From the IMG/VR virus record IMGVR_UViG_3300042691_045142: 64,000 nt of DNA; one strand, given 5' to 3'. A model generated the notes under the pieces. The model ran no database searches. It was not told the DNA's origin and worked only from the letters and a program-made list of their open reading frames with translations. Source of the stretch: an uncultured virus (IMG/VR IMGVR_UViG_3300042691_045142) (Duplodnaviria; Heunggongvirae; Uroviricota; Caudoviricetes). A program made the position numbers and the translations under genes. Below, one piece after another: positions 9,780 to 19,491 of the stretch. Numbering within the stretch: position 1 is the first letter of the stretch; the number at the start of each line of letters is the position of its first letter.

Positions 9780-10009
9780 GAAATATTGATTTTATCTTTG
9801 AAGTTTTGATTGGACTCTTCGTAGGCCTTGGCCTGTTTTTCTCTCAGCTTGTTGTTGTAGCTTTCTATGGCCATGCGTATTTGATCGCAGATCTGTCCAT
9901 TGCTGGATCTATAGGCGATGTTGAGCTTGCGATTGAGCTCATTGATTTTTTCTATCAGCTCTTCCTGTGTTAGATTATCTATGTCGCCTATGAGTGGGTG
10001 TTCCATCAC
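9776..10009 (-). CDS. Small coiled-coil hypothetical protein
   Basis: 77-aa ORF, translationally coupled. Confidence 0.65.
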   Translation of the reverse strand: MMEHPLIGDIDNLTQEELIEKINELNRKLNIAYRSSNGQICDQIRMAIESYNNKLREKQAKAYEESNQNFKDKINIS

Positions 10010-10446
10010 AGATCTCCTTGTTGCCTGTTTTCTGAATAGTAAGGATCAAATGATCCACCAGGATAACGGCTTTCTAGCTTGCGGACATTTTCTGCGATGA
10101 CATCGTTGGGGTCAAGATTCAGTGCGCGACAAGCGTTGATCCAGTACCACATGACATCACCCAGTTCACGTTTCATATGAAACACAGCTTCTTCGTTGAG
10201 TGCTTTGCCTTGGAAGAAAATCTTTTTCGGTATTTCACAAAACTCTCCTGTTTCGGCTGCCATTCCCAAAGCGGCTGTCAGGAGCAATGGCACGTTGACA
10301 TCTGGACCATGACGCATTTCTCCATCAAACAACTCATAGTTGGCATCAATGCGATCCAGCGTGTCCATGAACGTGGTCAGATCATTGCTGGGTTCACTGG
10401 TAACCTTTTCTACGAATTCTTGATATCGGTTGAGATCGATGGGCAT
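10006..10446 (-). CDS. mazG: MazG-like NTP pyrophosphohydrolase
   Basis: GMAAETGEF..KK..RELGDVMWY..N..KL..RYP. Confidence 0.9.
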   Translation of the reverse strand: MPIDLNRYQEFVEKVTSEPSNDLTTFMDTLDRIDANYELFDGEMRHGPDVNVPLLLTAALGMAAETGEFCEIPKKIFFQGKALNEEAVFHMKRELGDVMWYWINACRALNLDPNDVIAENVRKLESRYPGGSFDPYYSENRQQGDL

Positions 10447-10505
10447 AAAATAAAACTCCTCTACACTACTTTAGCATAGAGGAGCTGAGTTGTCAATGAT
10501 TTTGG

Positions 10506-11429
10506 TTAAGCAACAGCTGGATAAGTGTCCGATGCATCTGGACCTGTGCTCACGCACCACCATGTGCCACCAATATAGGTCAGTGTGGCTGTCTGTCCTT
10601 GTCCTGTAAAAGTAACGTTGCCAGCGGCAGAGTTGTTCCAACCTGCTGAAGCCAGGGTCAAGACCTGCACACTGGGTGTGGCATTGCCACAGATGACCAC
10701 TTTGCTCTGACCTGCTGAACCGTTGGCCAGTGTTCCAGCAAACGATCCAGTCTTGGTAATGATACTAGTGGTAGTGTTCAAACTCAACGCGGCGTTGCTG
10801 GCAACAGATTCCAAGGATGGAAGATACACAGGATCCAAGTTACGATTCAAATCTTGGATGGTGATGGCCGAACCAGCGTTGCTGGATGTGAACTCAAAGG
10901 CAAAAGTACCTATGGTACTGAAAGTGATCACGTTGGTAGCAGTGTTGATACCCTGGATGTTTGAGTTGCCAATGGTCACAGCGGCTGGCAATGTCAGGGT
11001 GTAGGCCGTGCTACTCACTGTCACTATCACTCGTACCGCAGCCGCGTTGCCGGCGCTGGGCCAGTTGGCAAAGGTCAATATGGTATTGGTGTCCATGGTA
11101 AAGGTATGGAATCCACCGGCAGCAATATTCACGATCACTGTGCCTGCCACTGTCTGTGCGCTGGCGTTGCCAAGATTGATACGAGTGGTCCTAGCACCGT
11201 CCAGCTTGGCGTTGAGTATGGGATTGCCATCCATGTCATTGGTCAGGGTGGTGCCTGTCAGGGCTTGTTTGACAATGACTTTGGCTTGTAGATCGTCGAT
11301 TTCCTGCTCGGCAAACTCAAAGTTTGTTTTGATGTTTGTAAAGTTGTCGCGGAAACCCTGCGAATCGTTGTCTTGACCAGCTACTGGGTATGCTGTGTCT
11401 ATGTTGTTTGGGTTGATATTAGATGCCAT
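10506..11429 (-). CDS. Virion structural / baseplate-associated fibre protein
   Basis: N-terminal YPVAGQDNDSQGFRDNF, T/A/N-rich beta region, TAAATA upstream. Confidence 0.7.
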   Translation of the reverse strand: MASNINPNNIDTAYPVAGQDNDSQGFRDNFTNIKTNFEFAEQEIDDLQAKVIVKQALTGTTLTNDMDGNPILNAKLDGARTTRINLGNASAQTVAGTVIVNIAAGGFHTFTMDTNTILTFANWPSAGNAAAVRVIVTVSSTAYTLTLPAAVTIGNSNIQGINTATNVITFSTIGTFAFEFTSSNAGSAITIQDLNRNLDPVYLPSLESVASNAALSLNTTTSIITKTGSFAGTLANGSAGQSKVVICGNATPSVQVLTLASAGWNNSAAGNVTFTGQGQTATLTYIGGTWWCVSTGPDASDTYPAVA

Positions 11430-11465
11430 CTTTTCATCCTATTTTATGGGTGTATTTAGCGTTGT

Positions 11466-12386
11466 TTATATTGCTGAGTCATCTTTAAAATAACTCCAAC
11501 GACTATTTGTGGTATCCCAATATGCAAATTTTCCGCCCGGAACGCTGTCGCTTAATGAAATCATTTGACCAGCTTGCCCTATTGTAGATCTAGCAGTTGC
11601 TATGGTTTTTGTTGTTACTTTTAAGTATTGACCAACAATATTTCCACTGGCTGTTAACGAGGTAGTAGTAATATTATTTGTTATAGCCGCATTGCCAGCA
11701 GTTAATGTAGCATTGGTAGTAAAACCTTGATTAGCTATAATAAAACTACTAGATGTAATTCTTCCAGTTACTGAAAGATTAGCATTAGCTGTGATAAAGT
11801 TGGCAAATATGTTGGCATTGCCAGTGATAGTTGTGGGTATCAATGTACCCACGGTCACGAGTCCGGTGGCTGTTAATCCCACAGTTGATACAGCATTGGC
11901 ATTGACATTGGCCACATTGGCATTGCCACTGGCAGAAACAAAGTTTTTACCTACGACGTTACCGTAGCTGTTGACGTCGCCGGTGACTTGTAATGCCTGG
12001 CTCATTGTAACTGATCTAGCAAAAGTACTGGTATTGGTCACTGCTAGATTAGCAGTAGTTATATTTGTAGAGTTGATCGTGTTAGGAGCAAGATTACCAT
12101 TGTATGTAGGCAAATAAGACGCCACATTGGCATTGCCATAGGTGCCCGTGGCTGCTGGCAGATTGGTAATGTACCTACCATCACCAAACAAGAATCCGTT
12201 GATCGAGCGTATGTTGCCCGTGGCCTGCAGGCTGACCAAGGTACCCAAGGAAGTCACGTTGGGCTGTGCGCTGGCCGTGACCGTGGCAGCGTTTTCGCTG
12301 AAAATACCCAGGCTGTCAAAGTTAGCATCTAGCTCAGCTAGATTGATGTTTCCTGTGGCGTTGGCAAATTGATATGGTACTGTCAT
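11466..12386 (-). CDS. Tail fibre-like protein
   Basis: LDANF N-terminus; N/T/G-rich beta-helix-like repeats. Confidence 0.7.
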   Translation of the reverse strand: MTVPYQFANATGNINLAELDANFDSLGIFSENAATVTASAQPNVTSLGTLVSLQATGNIRSINGFLFGDGRYITNLPAATGTYGNANVASYLPTYNGNLAPNTINSTNITTANLAVTNTSTFARSVTMSQALQVTGDVNSYGNVVGKNFVSASGNANVANVNANAVSTVGLTATGLVTVGTLIPTTITGNANIFANFITANANLSVTGRITSSSFIIANQGFTTNATLTAGNAAITNNITTTSLTASGNIVGQYLKVTTKTIATARSTIGQAGQMISLSDSVPGGKFAYWDTTNSRWSYFKDDSAI

Positions 12387-12407
12387 GTTTTCTCTCGATC
12401 TTTATAT

Positions 12408-15353
12408 TTATGGGGTACCTTCGTTGACCCAGTCCACGGTTTCTGGCACTGAGTTTACCCAATCCACTATGTCATCATCATCATTGACCCAGGGCACGAT
12501 GGCCGGAGGCTGTGGCACAGGTGCAGGGCTTGGAGGAGCACCGCCCAGGATATTGATCTTGGGATACAACAAGTACTTGTTGTAGACATCTGTGAGTCCG
12601 TAGTTGTCTTCGGGCACGATAAACACTGTGCTGCCGCCGTCAAACGTGGTTTCATCGCCGGCAGGTTCAGGTATCAAGCTCCAGGTGACTTTGCTCAGGC
12701 CTTCAGTGGGCGTGAGTGGAAGATAGAGTTCTGTATTTTTAAACAAGTTACCTCGGGTGACCAACAGTGCGTCATAGGTAACGTATGTACCGATCAAGGT
12801 AAACGACACATAGTTGTCATCGACCACGGTCATTCTATACAAGCCCAGTTGATCTGGTGCGCTGGTTATCACCGAGCTTGGATCCAATGTGGTGTCATCC
12901 CAACTCAGTTGATCATAAGTGCTGGGCCAATCAGTCCAGGCCTGAGTTTCTGTTAGCCCAACCCAGTCTTCTTGCTTCTGGAAGATCACTGTGCGATTGT
13001 TGAGCTGGCGGCCATTGTCACCGTCAATGCCGCCCAAGGCAGCGATGCGATCCAGAGTCTGATTGTTGATCTGGCTGTAGGCCAACTGTGTGGCATAGTC
13101 CACTGTGCCCTTGAGTACGATGTTGCTGGGTCTGTCCACGCGATCAAATGTTGTGGCTTCAGCCGGACTTGGGATCCAGCTGTCTGTGACAGGATCCCAG
13201 TTCTTGCTGTACTGTCTATCTAAGATGTAGCGATCAGCGATGAAGTCTATTAGGTTCAAGCGTTCGCCCCAGCGTGTGCGGATGTTGTAGGCCAGCTGTT
13301 CGCCTTTGCCTGGCTCGCAGTAGGCCACTATGAATGCACGAGTAAATCCCAGCACACGACCATTGGCCTGCTTGGATGTCATCCATAATGGCAACACTTC
13401 GGCATACTGACCCACGGTGTCTATGACCTGATCACGCATTTCAATCAAGCTGTTGGGATATACTTCAGTGATGGTTTCGCCTTCGTATTCAAAGGGAAAT
13501 GCCACAGGCACAGTCTGTGGTGGGCTTTCACCCTGTGAGTTTACTCCAGAATCCTGTACTTCGCTGTAGACAACTTCATACACAACGTTGCCTGTGTTGC
13601 CCAGTCGAGCCTGTGCCACTTTGATTTCTCCCAGCACCAACTGTTTGCGGAAATGGTTGAGATCCAGGGCCTGCACATATTCTTCCAGACTCGAGCTGGT
13701 CAAACCAAACGCATGCTGATATATTATGTTCTTGGCCACACCAAAGTAAGGATCATCGGGCCTGTAGATAAAGCTGGGCTGTATGATGTCTTGATCCTGT
13801 AACAAACTATTGACCAAGGCACGGTCAGCTTCGCCGGGCATGGCCTGGATGTAGAGACCTTCATAGGGCTCGTTGTATCGGCGATTTACACGTATCCTAA
13901 AAGTCTTAAACACTGAAATCAAACCGTCGACGCTGTAGGCATTGACTGTGAATACAAATGTTGAATCAAATGTGGTTTCATCAGTGCCCAGTCTAGTGGC
14001 TCGTTGTGCATCAAAGGTAGTGGTACCACCGTCGATGGCAAAGGTATTGAAACTCACTCGACCTGCGATATTGCCCGATGGTAATAGTTGTAGGCCTTGT
14101 GGTAGTTTGTTGTACACGCCAGGCACATAGTTTTCTGCAGGGCCAGCACCAGGTTTGAGTTGATACAACAGCTGGCGTCCTGATGTGTTCACTGCTTCAA
14201 TCTGGAACAGACTCACAGCACCGTTGTCAATGATGCCCACGTTTTCAGGTGTGAGCCAGGTCACTGCTGTTTCTACATCACCAATGGTGGTGATCGAGTA
14301 AGAATAGGGCGGAGAGATCAGCTGTGGGTTATCACGTTTGTAAACGTAGATTGTAAAGTTGAACGCAGTTTCCGTGGCACCTTGATTGGGCAAATATCCG
14401 TACAACCAACCAGTGGTACTGTCCAGGCTCAGGCCAGGTGGAAGGTCAGCAGAGTCTCCGGTGGCTATTTCCCACTCCACTGCATCGCCATCGAGGTCAA
14501 TGGCCTGGAACTGATAGGCAAAGAAGTTTGAGTGTCTATACAGGCCAATGTTGCCATTGGGTGGATAGTTGGCCACAAATGGTGTGCGCTGTGGCAACAC
14601 ATCTGCTGTGATCTGATTGTTGTCGGCTGTGAAGTCTGTGGTGTCGGCTGTGAGACTGTCTCTAGATACCACAAACATTGTGTAGGTTCGTTGATTGCGA
14701 TCTTTGCCGTCAGATATCTGTAGGGTAAACTGATAGTTTTTACTGATACTGCGAGTAGAGAAATCAAAAGGAAACTGATCGTAGGTGGTCCCTGCACGAT
14801 CAAAACCTGCTGTTGCTGTGTCTGGCAAGGGAGCGATGGGAGTGATGTATCCTGTGATCAATCCTGTTGTAGTAATGCTCACACCCGGAGGCAGCTCACC
14901 ATCTTCCAGCGTGATCACCACACGATCTCCTGGATCTTGATCTGAGAACTCGATCTGATAGTCCACAGTGTCGCCATCATAAAATAGGCCGATGCTGCCA
15001 GCTGGGGTCACAAACTCGGGCAAGTCCTGACCAGTGACAGTGATTTGAAAAGTACGATCAGCGATGCGCATTTCACCGTTGAGCATCTCTGTGTAAGCTC
15101 GCACTGCGAATCTGCTGGTGACGTTTTCTGATACTTCGGTGGGCACACCACGCACAGTGGAAAACGCCTGCGGAACTCCTTCCACTACTCCGTTGGTCTT
15201 GACCTGTATACCTTCGGGCAAGGTACCTGCTATCAATCGATATTTGACTATGCCACCATCAGGATCCACTGCTATCACAGGAGTAGTGAAAAACAATCCT
15301 TCGGCCACTGTGCCTAGATTACCAGCAGGAGTTATCCATTGTGGTTGTGCCAT
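12408..15353 (-). CDS. Baseplate wedge-like protein with Ig-like (LPPGL..TG..G) repeats
   Basis: Repeated WxTPAGxLG / LPxGLxL..G.I.G Ig-like units and TTFD repeats. Confidence 0.7.
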   Translation of the reverse strand: MAQPQWITPAGNLGTVAEGLFFTTPVIAVDPDGGIVKYRLIAGTLPEGIQVKTNGVVEGVPQAFSTVRGVPTEVSENVTSRFAVRAYTEMLNGEMRIADRTFQITVTGQDLPEFVTPAGSIGLFYDGDTVDYQIEFSDQDPGDRVVITLEDGELPPGVSITTTGLITGYITPIAPLPDTATAGFDRAGTTYDQFPFDFSTRSISKNYQFTLQISDGKDRNQRTYTMFVVSRDSLTADTTDFTADNNQITADVLPQRTPFVANYPPNGNIGLYRHSNFFAYQFQAIDLDGDAVEWEIATGDSADLPPGLSLDSTTGWLYGYLPNQGATETAFNFTIYVYKRDNPQLISPPYSYSITTIGDVETAVTWLTPENVGIIDNGAVSLFQIEAVNTSGRQLLYQLKPGAGPAENYVPGVYNKLPQGLQLLPSGNIAGRVSFNTFAIDGGTTTFDAQRATRLGTDETTFDSTFVFTVNAYSVDGLISVFKTFRIRVNRRYNEPYEGLYIQAMPGEADRALVNSLLQDQDIIQPSFIYRPDDPYFGVAKNIIYQHAFGLTSSSLEEYVQALDLNHFRKQLVLGEIKVAQARLGNTGNVVYEVVYSEVQDSGVNSQGESPPQTVPVAFPFEYEGETITEVYPNSLIEMRDQVIDTVGQYAEVLPLWMTSKQANGRVLGFTRAFIVAYCEPGKGEQLAYNIRTRWGERLNLIDFIADRYILDRQYSKNWDPVTDSWIPSPAEATTFDRVDRPSNIVLKGTVDYATQLAYSQINNQTLDRIAALGGIDGDNGRQLNNRTVIFQKQEDWVGLTETQAWTDWPSTYDQLSWDDTTLDPSSVITSAPDQLGLYRMTVVDDNYVSFTLIGTYVTYDALLVTRGNLFKNTELYLPLTPTEGLSKVTWSLIPEPAGDETTFDGGSTVFIVPEDNYGLTDVYNKYLLYPKINILGGAPPSPAPVPQPPAIVPWVNDDDDIVDWVNSVPETVDWVNEGTP

Positions 15354-15357
15354 AGTA

Positions 15358-15618
15358 TTAGAAACTCGATAATGCTACACGACCCCAGACGTTGCTGGAA
15401 CCGTCATAATCTGCATAGCATACATAGAAAAATCCAGAATCGTATGCAGTTTGCCCAGCGGTATCTCCCACGCTGCCAACACTGGTGACCGGTGGATTTC
15501 CACTGGTAAATGAGTTTAAATATGCAAAGTTATTGTTGCATTTGATATAGGCTGTTCGTAGCCCATCTCCGGTCCCGTCGTTGGGCACTGTACCTACGTT
15601 GATCACTTCTATCGCCAT
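15358..15618 (-). CDS. Small baseplate gp9/gp10-like protein
   Basis: INVGTVPNDGTGDGLRTAYIKCNNNF N-terminal motif. Confidence 0.75.
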   Translation of the reverse strand: MAIEVINVGTVPNDGTGDGLRTAYIKCNNNFAYLNSFTSGNPPVTSVGSVGDTAGQTAYDSGFFYVCYADYDGSSNVWGRVALSSF

Positions 15619-15665
15619 TTTCTACCTCGCTTTGAGATATTTATGGCGATTTGAAGTGTTTGATA

Positions 15666-17738
15666 TTAGCCTATGTACCAGGCGCTGCCATCAGCCCATA
15701 CAGGAACAGCATTGCCAGCACCGCCCACAGCAACGTTGCCCCAGACTCGGGTGTCGGCATCTGTGACAAAAGATCTAGCGCCAGAAAGAGGAGTTGGTAA
15801 GTTAGCCACTAAAACCTGCTGGGTACGAACATAGCCGTTGCCAACAGTGACGTTGCCAGCATACAATACAAAGTTAGCGCCAGCACCAAATCTTGCCATT
15901 TCTGCTGGTGTCGTGCTACCAAATCCTGTGGTCCAGATACTGACATGTGTACCTTGAGAAACGTCTGTCCAGTTTTCTGCGGCATCTATTGTTACACGGC
16001 CTCGAGCACTGTTTGAAAAATCCGTGGATCCGTACCCAAGTCCGCCAAACACAGCTAGTCTGTCGTCCTGCTGTACCGATGCATAACTGCTGGTGTTTCC
16101 ACGTGCAAATCTTCCTATAAACGCACCACCTAATGTATTAGTTTCACCATAGGTATCAACTTCGATTTTGTTGCTGGTATTTGCGATGTCACTGCTGATT
16201 CTCAACAAAGTATTGGTGCTACCCTGCATGAATATACCGCCTGTACCATCAGGATGGATGAAGATGTTGCCATTGCTGCCAGGTGCGGTTTGTATGCTAC
16301 CTTCCGAAGGTATAGTGATGTTGCCAACTGTGTCAAATGTCCACTGTGCTGTGTTACCAAAATCATCGTTGCTGTTGATTACAACATTGCCGGTGTTGGC
16401 CAACTTGACATAGAGATCGTCATTGCCCAAGAACAGTTCAGTGTTGTATAAGTTACCTGTGGTCAAGTGCAAGTGATTAAAATCCACACCGCCGGTAGGA
16501 TACACCCACAGTTGCTGGGTTGGATCAATAATGGTGGTAGGTGTGAGCACTATGGCATGGCCAGGAAAACCGTCGGGATTGGCTTGCTCATTTATAATAC
16601 CGCCTTGTGGCAACACCAAGTTACCATCTCGGTCAAAACGCCAAGTATTGCCAGTGTTGCCAGTATTGATGTTTACGTTGCCGTAAGATCCTGCTCCGAG
16701 ACCCGAACTACCTCCAAAAATATTAACATTACCGCCAAGCCCGTTGTTACCATAGCCACCAGTAATATTAGCATCACCGCCTGATGTCTGACCTTGGCCG
16801 CCCCGTATATCTAGATGCCCGCCGGCAGCATTGCCACTTTGACCACCATAGATTTCAATGTAGCCACCATCACCGTTGTCAACAGCTTCGCCGCCTTCCA
16901 TGGCGATGTAACCACCGTTGTTGTCTGGACCAGAGAGGCCGCCGCGGATCTTGATGTCACCGCCGGAGCCACCTGTCACAGCATTACCAGCATCGCCTGA
17001 ACCACCGCGTCCTGCATACAAATAGATGTCACCACCTTCACCCGCGGTGTTGGCAGCACCCGCACCAGGATTGATGACTAGACGTTGTGAATTTTGATTT
17101 ATGTTGGCATCACCGTTGGGTGTGCTGATCAAGGCTTCTTGTGAGGCGTCACCAAACAACAAGGTCTGCCCTGTGAGCGTGCCTGTGCGATCACCTCGCG
17201 TTATATTCAACGTGGGATAGATTGTAGTACCATCGGTGTTAAATTGCCATGTGTATGAGTTGTTGTTGTAGTCTGTCTGGATAAAAACATTGGTATTGGC
17301 ATAGAGCTGTAGTTCATCGCCTTCGGCATACAGTCTCAGATCATCAGCCGCATAGATATCAAGGTCAGCATCTTCGCCGGGATTGGTTCTGGTAGTTTTG
17401 ATAGAAAAATCCTGGTCCACTGCGCCCCATAGTTCGTTGTTTGGAAATGAAGTCATGCCATCTGTGCCAAATGTCCAGACATTGCCACCGGCCGTGGTTA
17501 TCGTAGCATTGCCACCTGATGTAGCTATATTAAAGTTTGATGAGCCGTTGGCCAAAGGCAGTCCTGCTCCACCACCGCCACCTGCTATGGGTGTGAGTGC
17601 GCTCCAGGCCGATGTTCCATCGCCGATGCGCAGTTCGTTGTTGGTGGTGTCGTAGCCAGGCTCGCCCAAGGATAGCACTGGATCTGTGGCAGCCCAGTTG
17701 GCTGCTGTATCTCTTCGTAGTTTGATTAGTGTTGACAT
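15666..17738 (-). CDS. Tail fibre protein (Mtd-N-like head, Gly-rich repeats)
   Basis: IKLRRDTAANW..LGEPGYDT..IGDG N-terminus; GGxIxIxGG and WxFxxxG repeats. Confidence 0.8.
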   Translation of the reverse strand: MSTLIKLRRDTAANWAATDPVLSLGEPGYDTTNNELRIGDGTSAWSALTPIAGGGGGAGLPLANGSSNFNIATSGGNATITTAGGNVWTFGTDGMTSFPNNELWGAVDQDFSIKTTRTNPGEDADLDIYAADDLRLYAEGDELQLYANTNVFIQTDYNNNSYTWQFNTDGTTIYPTLNITRGDRTGTLTGQTLLFGDASQEALISTPNGDANINQNSQRLVINPGAGAANTAGEGGDIYLYAGRGGSGDAGNAVTGGSGGDIKIRGGLSGPDNNGGYIAMEGGEAVDNGDGGYIEIYGGQSGNAAGGHLDIRGGQGQTSGGDANITGGYGNNGLGGNVNIFGGSSGLGAGSYGNVNINTGNTGNTWRFDRDGNLVLPQGGIINEQANPDGFPGHAIVLTPTTIIDPTQQLWVYPTGGVDFNHLHLTTGNLYNTELFLGNDDLYVKLANTGNVVINSNDDFGNTAQWTFDTVGNITIPSEGSIQTAPGSNGNIFIHPDGTGGIFMQGSTNTLLRISSDIANTSNKIEVDTYGETNTLGGAFIGRFARGNTSSYASVQQDDRLAVFGGLGYGSTDFSNSARGRVTIDAAENWTDVSQGTHVSIWTTGFGSTTPAEMARFGAGANFVLYAGNVTVGNGYVRTQQVLVANLPTPLSGARSFVTDADTRVWGNVAVGGAGNAVPVWADGSAWYIG

Positions 17739-17945
17739 TTAGGCTGTGCCTCCGTTGAATATGTTGTCGAAGTCGGGATCATATACAAAATCCGCGAACT
17801 GATTGTCGGCAACATACTGTGCTGTGCCGCTTTCTATGGCTGTTTTTGAACTCCAGCGATCACCGGTCCAGGTGTAGATCACATCGTTAGTGGGTATATA
17901 AACCTGCCCCACAGTGGGGTTTGCTGGCATTTCTAGTATTCTCAT
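17739..17945 (-). CDS. Small fibre-associated protein
   Basis: PANPTVGQVY..YTWTGDRW motif typical of fibre N-termini. Confidence 0.6.
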   Translation of the reverse strand: MRILEMPANPTVGQVYIPTNDVIYTWTGDRWSSKTAIESGTAQYVADNQFADFVYDPDFDNIFNGGTA

Positions 17946-17974
17946 TTTTTCTAGTTCCTATTTCATATTTACCG

Positions 17975-18700
17975 TTATAACCCGTAAGTTCCTCGGTCGG
18001 CGTTGAAATTCTGTAGCACTTCACTGGCAGAGAGTGCGGCGTTGTAGAGACGGACCACGCCAATACGGCCGTTCATCCATTGGCTATACTCACCATTGTT
18101 GTATGAACCTATATACAGATTTGATGATGTATTGAGTATGCTTGGTAAAGTGTGTGCAACACTACCTATGCTAACACCGTTGACGTAGGTTTCTAGCGAG
18201 TTAGTAGCTACATTTTTCCAGACATACACTATTTGTTTCCAAGTGTTCAATGGTAATGTATAACCAGTGCTATCTACATAAGCGCCTGATCCATCGCCCA
18301 TTTGAGCATAGGCATTGGCTCCGTTGATTCGCATGCTATACGAAACATCTGCTGCCAGACCACCTGGATCAAACTTGCCTAATACCACTTTACTGCCAGT
18401 GTTGGTGCCCAGATATACCCAGGCCTCCATGGTCCAGTCGCCTGACCCAGGTTCCAGAGCCGCGGTGTCGGTCACAGAGATCTGGCTGCTGGTGCCATTG
18501 TAGGAAAAGTAAGGACTGGTATATGTGATGTTGCTCATGGTACCAGTCAAGTTTGGAATGGTCAAACTGTTTATGGTTGTTCCTGACCCTGAGTAACTGG
18601 TGCTGTCAGCAGGATTGTAATACAACACCAAGTTATCGGTCACTGGTGAATTAACATCGACTACCCTGACACCTTTGAGTGTTACTCCTTGGATCTTCAT
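17975..18700 (-). CDS. LamG/concanavalin A-like lectin virion protein
   Basis: SYSGSGT, WTMEAWV, YVNG, NGRIGVVRLYNAALS..QNFNA. Confidence 0.85.
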   Translation of the reverse strand: MKIQGVTLKGVRVVDVNSPVTDNLVLYYNPADSTSYSGSGTTINSLTIPNLTGTMSNITYTSPYFSYNGTSSQISVTDTAALEPGSGDWTMEAWVYLGTNTGSKVVLGKFDPGGLAADVSYSMRINGANAYAQMGDGSGAYVDSTGYTLPLNTWKQIVYVWKNVATNSLETYVNGVSIGSVAHTLPSILNTSSNLYIGSYNNGEYSQWMNGRIGVVRLYNAALSASEVLQNFNADRGTYGL

Positions 18701-19491
18701 TATATGCTCCACTTGTCTGACAGATATGTCTCTATGGCCAGAATCTCAGACGTGTTTAGTGTTCGTGTCCAGATCAGTATTTCGCCAATGTATCCCGAGA
18801 ATGGATTGGTAACAGGCTGTGAGTCGGCACCCACAAACAAACCTGTGGCCGACGGAGATGTTGTTGTGCCCACATTGGTGCTAAAAGTCAAACTCTGCTG
18901 AGCACCATTGATTCGCATTCTAAGTCGAGCATTGTTTTGTACAGTGATGTCACCGTTGACTTGTGTACCGTCTAGGATCTGACCCATGTAATAGTAGTTG
19001 CTGGTATCGCCAGCAAAGGTACTCTTGGCACGGCCTCCTGCTGTTTCTACACCCCAGGTTGAATCCCAGAAAAACTGGAATCCGTTGGTATTGGTCTGTG
19101 TCACACGAGGTGTGCCGGTGAGTGCGTTGGCTTTGAGCACAATATAGGTGGTTTGTCCTGGCAAGCTCAATGCCCAGCTACCTATGGGGTTCAAGGTCAT
19201 GACATCGTTGACGCCGTCAAACAGGAGAGTGCCCAGACTGTTTTGTTGACTGGCCGACCACAGCGGTTGCCGAGTACCGGTGGACTGATTGGCGTCACGT
19301 CCTGCACCTTGTTTGTCGATCCAAGCAGCCACACCTTCACCGTTGACTGGAGCTGATCCTCCCGAATCCTGTATGTAGGCCGCGTTGCTCTCTGACGCAT
19401 CGTACCACAGATTCAAGCTAGGAATCTGGCTGGGTAAAACTACGCCTTGCTGTCCGACTATGGACATGTAAGGCATGATGATGCCGCTCAT
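18700..19491 (-). CDS. LamG-like lectin domain virion protein
   Basis: LWYDAS..W.DK..FDGVND..GYIGEILIW.RTL..IETYL..KW. Confidence 0.8.
   Translation of the reverse strand: MSGIIMPYMSIVGQQGVVLPSQIPSLNLWYDASESNAAYIQDSGGSAPVNGEGVAAWIDKQGAGRDANQSTGTRQPLWSASQQNSLGTLLFDGVNDVMTLNPIGSWALSLPGQTTYIVLKANALTGTPRVTQTNTNGFQFFWDSTWGVETAGGRAKSTFAGDTSNYYYMGQILDGTQVNGDITVQNNARLRMRINGAQQSLTFSTNVGTTTSPSATGLFVGADSQPVTNPFSGYIGEILIWTRTLNTSEILAIETYLSDKWSI

Noticed and set aside
9776..10009. Resemblance to ribosomal protein L29
   Set aside because: Only a generic LTQEEL..K..EL helical pattern; the C-terminal L29 basic motif is absent.
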